64,000 bases of DNA, taken from Escherichia coli (GTDB lineage Bacteria; Pseudomonadota; Gammaproteobacteria; Enterobacterales; Enterobacteriaceae). The position numbers and the translations under genes were made by a program. This document shows, in pieces, positions 58,334 to 64,000 of this stretch. The notes below the pieces were generated by a model. It had not been told where the DNA came from. It saw nothing but the letters and a program-made list of their open reading frames with translations, and ran no database searches. Location of the stretch: the NCBI RefSeq assembly GCF_030013205.1, contig NZ_CP122648.1; one strand, written 5' to 3'. Position 1 is the stretch's first letter. Each line of letters begins with the position of its first letter.

Positions 58334-59695
58334 ATGAAACTAAAGACCACATTGTTCGGCAATGTATATCAGTTTAAGGATGTAAAAGAGGTGCTGGCTA
58401 AAGCCAACGAACTGCGTTCTGGGGATGTGCTGGCAGGCGTTGCAGCGGCAAGTTCACAGGAGCGCGTGGCGGCAAAGCAGGTGTTGTCGGAAATGACCGT
58501 AGCGGACATCCGCAATAATCCGGTGATTGCCTATGAAGATGACTGCGTGACGCGGCTGATTCAGGACGATGTTAACGAAACGGCCTACAACCAGATTAAA
58601 AACTGGAGCATCAGCGAACTGCGTGAGTATGTGCTGAGCGATGAAACCAGCGTGGACGACATTGCCTTTACCCGCAAAGGGCTGACCTCGGAAGTGGTCG
58701 CGGCGGTAGCGAAGATTTGCTCCAACGCGGACCTGATCTACGGCGCGAAGAAAATACCGGTGATCAAAAAGGCCAATACCACCATCGGTATTCCGGGCAC
58801 CTTCAGCGCCCGCTTGCAGCCAAACGACACCCGTGACGACGTGCAAAGTATCGCCGCGCAAATCTACGAAGGGCTTTCCTTCGGGGTGGGCGATGCGGTG
58901 ATCGGCGTTAACCCGGTGACTGACGACGTGGAAAACTTAAGCCGCGTGTTGGACACCATCTATGGCGTGATCGACAAATTCAACATTCCGACCCAGGGCT
59001 GCGTGCTGGCGCACGTCACCACCCAGATTGAAGCGATCCGTCGCGGCGCGCCTGGCGGACTGATTTTCCAGAGTATCTGTGGCAGCGAAAAAGGGCTGAA
59101 AGAGTTTGGCGTGGAACTGGCGATGCTCGACGAAGCGCGCGCAGTGGGCGCAGAGTTCAACCGTATCGCCGGGGAAAACTGCCTCTACTTCGAAACCGGA
59201 CAAGGCTCTGCGCTGTCCGCTGGCGCGAACTTCGGCGCAGACCAGGTGACGATGGAAGCGCGTAACTATGGGCTGGCGCGTCATTACGATCCGTTTATCG
59301 TCAACACCGTGGTCGGCTTTATTGGGCCGGAGTATCTCTACAACGACCGCCAGATTATCCGTGCGGGCTTAGAAGATCACTTTATGGGTAAGCTGAGCGG
59401 CATCTCTATGGGCTGTGACTGCTGCTACACCAACCACGCTGACGCTGACCAGAACCTCAACGAAAACCTGATGATCCTGCTCGCCACCGCAGGCTGCAAC
59501 TACATCATGGGGATGCCGCTGGGCGATGACATCATGCTCAACTATCAGACCACCGCATTCCACGACACTGCCACTGTGCGTCAGTTACTCAACCTGCGCC
59601 CGTCACCGGAGTTTGAACGCTGGCTGGAAAGCATGGGCATTATGGCAAACGGTCGCCTGACCAAACGGGCGGGCGATCCGTCACTGTTCTTCTGA
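58334..59695 (+). CDS. eutB: ethanolamine ammonia-lyase large subunit
   Basis: 453 aa. Confidence 0.95.
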   Translation: MKLKTTLFGNVYQFKDVKEVLAKANELRSGDVLAGVAAASSQERVAAKQVLSEMTVADIRNNPVIAYEDDCVTRLIQDDVNETAYNQIKNWSISELREYVLSDETSVDDIAFTRKGLTSEVVAAVAKICSNADLIYGAKKIPVIKKANTTIGIPGTFSARLQPNDTRDDVQSIAAQIYEGLSFGVGDAVIGVNPVTDDVENLSRVLDTIYGVIDKFNIPTQGCVLAHVTTQIEAIRRGAPGGLIFQSICGSEKGLKEFGVELAMLDEARAVGAEFNRIAGENCLYFETGQGSALSAGANFGADQVTMEARNYGLARHYDPFIVNTVVGFIGPEYLYNDRQIIRAGLEDHFMGKLSGISMGCDCCYTNHADADQNLNENLMILLATAGCNYIMGMPLGDDIMLNYQTTAFHDTATVRQLLNLRPSPEFERWLESMGIMANGRLTKRAGDPSLFF

Positions 59696-59715
59696 TGACG
59701 CGGAGATAACACATC

Positions 59716-60603
59716 ATGGATCAAAAACAGATTGAAGAAATTGTACGCAGCGTGATGGCGTCAATGGGACAAGCGGCCCCCGCGCCGTCAGAAGCAAAGT
59801 GCGCCACCACCACCTGTGCGGCACCGGTGACCTCGGAAAGCTGCGCGCTGGATTTAGGCTCTGCGGAAGCAAAAGCGTGGATTGGCGTTGAAAACCCGCA
59901 TCGCGCAGACGTATTAACAGAACTGCGTCGCAGCACCGTGGCCCGCGTTTGTACCGGTCGTGCCGGTCCGCGTCCGCGTACCCAGGCGCTGCTGCGTTTC
60001 CTGGCCGATCACTCTCGTTCGAAAGATACCGTACTGAAAGAAGTGCCGGAAGAGTGGGTGAAAGCGCAGGGCTTGCTGGAAGTCCGCTCTGAAATTAGCG
60101 ACAAAAATCTCTACCTGACTCGTCCGGATATGGGCCGCCGCCTGTGTGCAGAAGCTGTAGAAGCGCTGAAAGCACAGTGTGTTGCTAATCCGGACGTACA
60201 GGTCGTTATTTCTGATGGCCTGTCAACTGATGCGATCACCGTGAACTACGAAGAGATCCTGCCACCGCTGATGGCGGGCCTGAAACAGGCCGGGCTGAAA
60301 GTCGGTACGCCATTCTTTGTTCGTTATGGTCGCGTGAAGATTGAAGATCAGATCGGTGAGATCCTCGGCGCGAAAGTGGTGATCCTGCTGGTGGGGGAAC
60401 GCCCGGGATTAGGGCAGTCAGAAAGTCTCTCCTGCTACGCCGTTTACTCGCCGCGTATGGCGACCACCGTTGAGGCCGATCGCACCTGCATCTCTAACAT
60501 TCACCAGGGCGGCACGCCGCCGGTTGAAGCCGCAGCCGTCATTGTGGATTTGGCGAAACGTATGCTGGAGCAGAAAGCATCCGGCATCAACATGACCCGA
60601 TAA
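59716..60603 (+). CDS. eutC: ethanolamine ammonia-lyase small subunit
   Basis: 295 aa. Confidence 0.95.
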   Translation: MDQKQIEEIVRSVMASMGQAAPAPSEAKCATTTCAAPVTSESCALDLGSAEAKAWIGVENPHRADVLTELRRSTVARVCTGRAGPRPRTQALLRFLADHSRSKDTVLKEVPEEWVKAQGLLEVRSEISDKNLYLTRPDMGRRLCAEAVEALKAQCVANPDVQVVISDGLSTDAITVNYEEILPPLMAGLKQAGLKVGTPFFVRYGRVKIEDQIGEILGAKVVILLVGERPGLGQSESLSCYAVYSPRMATTVEADRTCISNIHQGGTPPVEAAAVIVDLAKRMLEQKASGINMTR

Positions 60604-60612
60604 GGAGGCATC

Positions 60613-61272
60613 ATGCCAGCTTTAGATTTGATTCGACCGTCGGTCACCGCCATGCGGGTGATTGCCTCTGTTAACGCCGAATTTGCGCGTGAACTGAAAT
60701 TGCCGCCGCATATTCGTAGCCTCGGGCTGATTTCTGCTGATTCCGATGACGTCACCTACATTGCGGCTGACGAAGCGACCAAACAGGCGATGGTCGAAGT
60801 GGTGTATGGTCGCTCGCTGTATGCGGGCGCTGCACACGGACCGTCACCGACTGCCGGTGAAGTGCTGATTATGCTTGGTGGGCCAAACCCGGCGGAAGTG
60901 CGTGCAGGTCTGGATGCGATGGTTGCGCATATTGAAAATGGCGCTGCTTTCCAGTGGGCTAATGACGCAGAAAATACAGCCTTCCTGGCACATGTAGTTT
61001 CGCGTACCGGTTCTTATCTCTCATCAACCGCCGGGATCACGCTTGGCGATCCGATGGCGTATCTGGTGGCACCGCCGCTGGAAGCGACCTATGGCATTGA
61101 TGCAGCCCTGAAATCTGCCGACGTACAGCTGGTGACCTATGTCCCGCCACCGTCTGAAACCAACTACTCGGCAGCATTTTTAACCGGTAGCCAGGCAGCG
61201 TGTAAAGCAGCCTGTAACGCCTTTACCGATGCAGTGCTGGAAATCGCGCGTAATCCAATCCAGCGTGCGTAA
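60613..61272 (+). CDS. eutL: BMC-T (tandem) shell protein EutL
   Basis: 219 aa. Confidence 0.92.
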   Translation: MPALDLIRPSVTAMRVIASVNAEFARELKLPPHIRSLGLISADSDDVTYIAADEATKQAMVEVVYGRSLYAGAAHGPSPTAGEVLIMLGGPNPAEVRAGLDAMVAHIENGAAFQWANDAENTAFLAHVVSRTGSYLSSTAGITLGDPMAYLVAPPLEATYGIDAALKSADVQLVTYVPPPSETNYSAAFLTGSQAACKAACNAFTDAVLEIARNPIQRA

Positions 61273-61284
61273 CGGAGGTTGCCG

Positions 61285-61785
61285 ATGATCAATGCACTGG
61301 GATTGCTGGAAGTGGACGGCATGGTCGCCGCGCTAGATGCTGCGGATGCCATGCTCAAAGCAGCTAACGTTCGTCTGCTCAGTCACGAAGTGCTTGACCC
61401 TGGTCGCCTAACGCTGGTGGTGGAAGGCGATCTGGCGGCGTGTCGTGCGGCGCTGGACGCAGGTTGTGCTGCCGCGATGCGTACCGGGCGTGTCATCAGC
61501 CGCAAGGAGATCGGTCGGCCAGACGATGACACCCAGTGGCTGGTTACTGGCTTTAACCGCCAGCCTAAGCAACCCGTAAAGGAACCCGACGCGCCAGTTA
61601 TCGTCGCGGAATCTGCTGACGAGTTGTTGGCGCTGTTAACATCAGTACGTCAGGGAATGACGGCAGGAGAAGTGGCTGCCCACTTTGGCTGGCCGCTGGA
61701 AAAAGCCAGAAATGCGCTCGAACAGCTCTTTTCTGCCGGGACGTTACGTAAACGCAGTAGTCGTTATCGTCTCAAGCCCCATTAA
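61285..61785 (+). CDS. eutK: BMC shell protein EutK with C-terminal helix-turn-helix extension
   Basis: 166 aa MINALGLLEVDGMVAALDAADAMLKAANV... BMC domain then basic HTH-like tail. Confidence 0.9.
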   Translation: MINALGLLEVDGMVAALDAADAMLKAANVRLLSHEVLDPGRLTLVVEGDLAACRAALDAGCAAAMRTGRVISRKEIGRPDDDTQWLVTGFNRQPKQPVKEPDAPVIVAESADELLALLTSVRQGMTAGEVAAHFGWPLEKARNALEQLFSAGTLRKRSSRYRLKPH

Positions 61786-61830
61786 CCTGTCGGAGGTGCC
61801 GGGTGTCCTACAACACCCGGCATTAACATC

Positions 61831-63790
<1,960 letters not shown>

Positions 63791-64000
63791 TTACCGCTTT
63801 CTCGAGTGTGCTTTCTGGTTGTCAAACCAGTGAAAATAACTGATCACGCCTTCGGCAATCGCTGTGGCGATTTTCTGGCGAAATGCCGCCGTGCCTAACA
63901 GCCGCTCTTCTTCCGGATTGGTGATAAACGAGGTTTCCACCAGCACCGAAGGAACCGACGGCGATTTCAACACCACAAACGCGGCTTGTTCGGTGTTGCG
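63791..64000 (-). CDS. amiA: N-acetylmuramoyl-L-alanine amidase, C-terminal part (gene continues beyond window end)
   Basis: C-terminal ...SFITNPEEERLLGTAAFRQKIATAIAEGVISYFHWFDNQKAHSRKR; reading frame open to the window edge. Confidence 0.8.
   Translation of the reverse strand, partial: RNTEQAAFVVLKSPSVPSVLVETSFITNPEEERLLGTAAFRQKIATAIAEGVISYFHWFDNQKAHSRKR

Overview
The window reads as a contiguous block of Escherichia coli (or Shigella) core chromosome, syntenic with the K-12 ppk-purNM-upp-uraA ... hyf ... purC ... acrD-narQ ... tktB-talA-maeB-eut-hemF-amiA region but in reverse orientation. I did not find a convincing previously undescribed system: almost every ORF of real length matches a well-characterised E. 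coli gene. All identifications rest on my recall of E. coli protein sequences, conserved motifs and gene order; no database search was possible. The main content is: purine and pyrimidine salvage genes with recognisable PurR operators and the upp T-tract; the complete hydrogenase-4 operon hyfABCDEFGHIJR-focB; a complete 17-gene ethanolamine-utilisation microcompartment operon eutSPQTDMNEJGHABCLKR with no prophage between eutA and eutB; and REP-type and GC-rich intergenic repeats. The observations most worth a second look are three apparently disrupted genes (a focB frameshift, an in-frame TGA in hyfD and a 2-nt frameshift in aegA), an IS200-family insertion between bamC and purC just upstream of the purC PurR operator, a near-identical 43-nt GC-rich repeat present both next to tktB and inside the eut operon (eutG-eutH spacer), and structured intercistronic spacers within the eut operon. 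Coordinates of starts were corrected from the ORF track where it extended upstream through alternative start codons.
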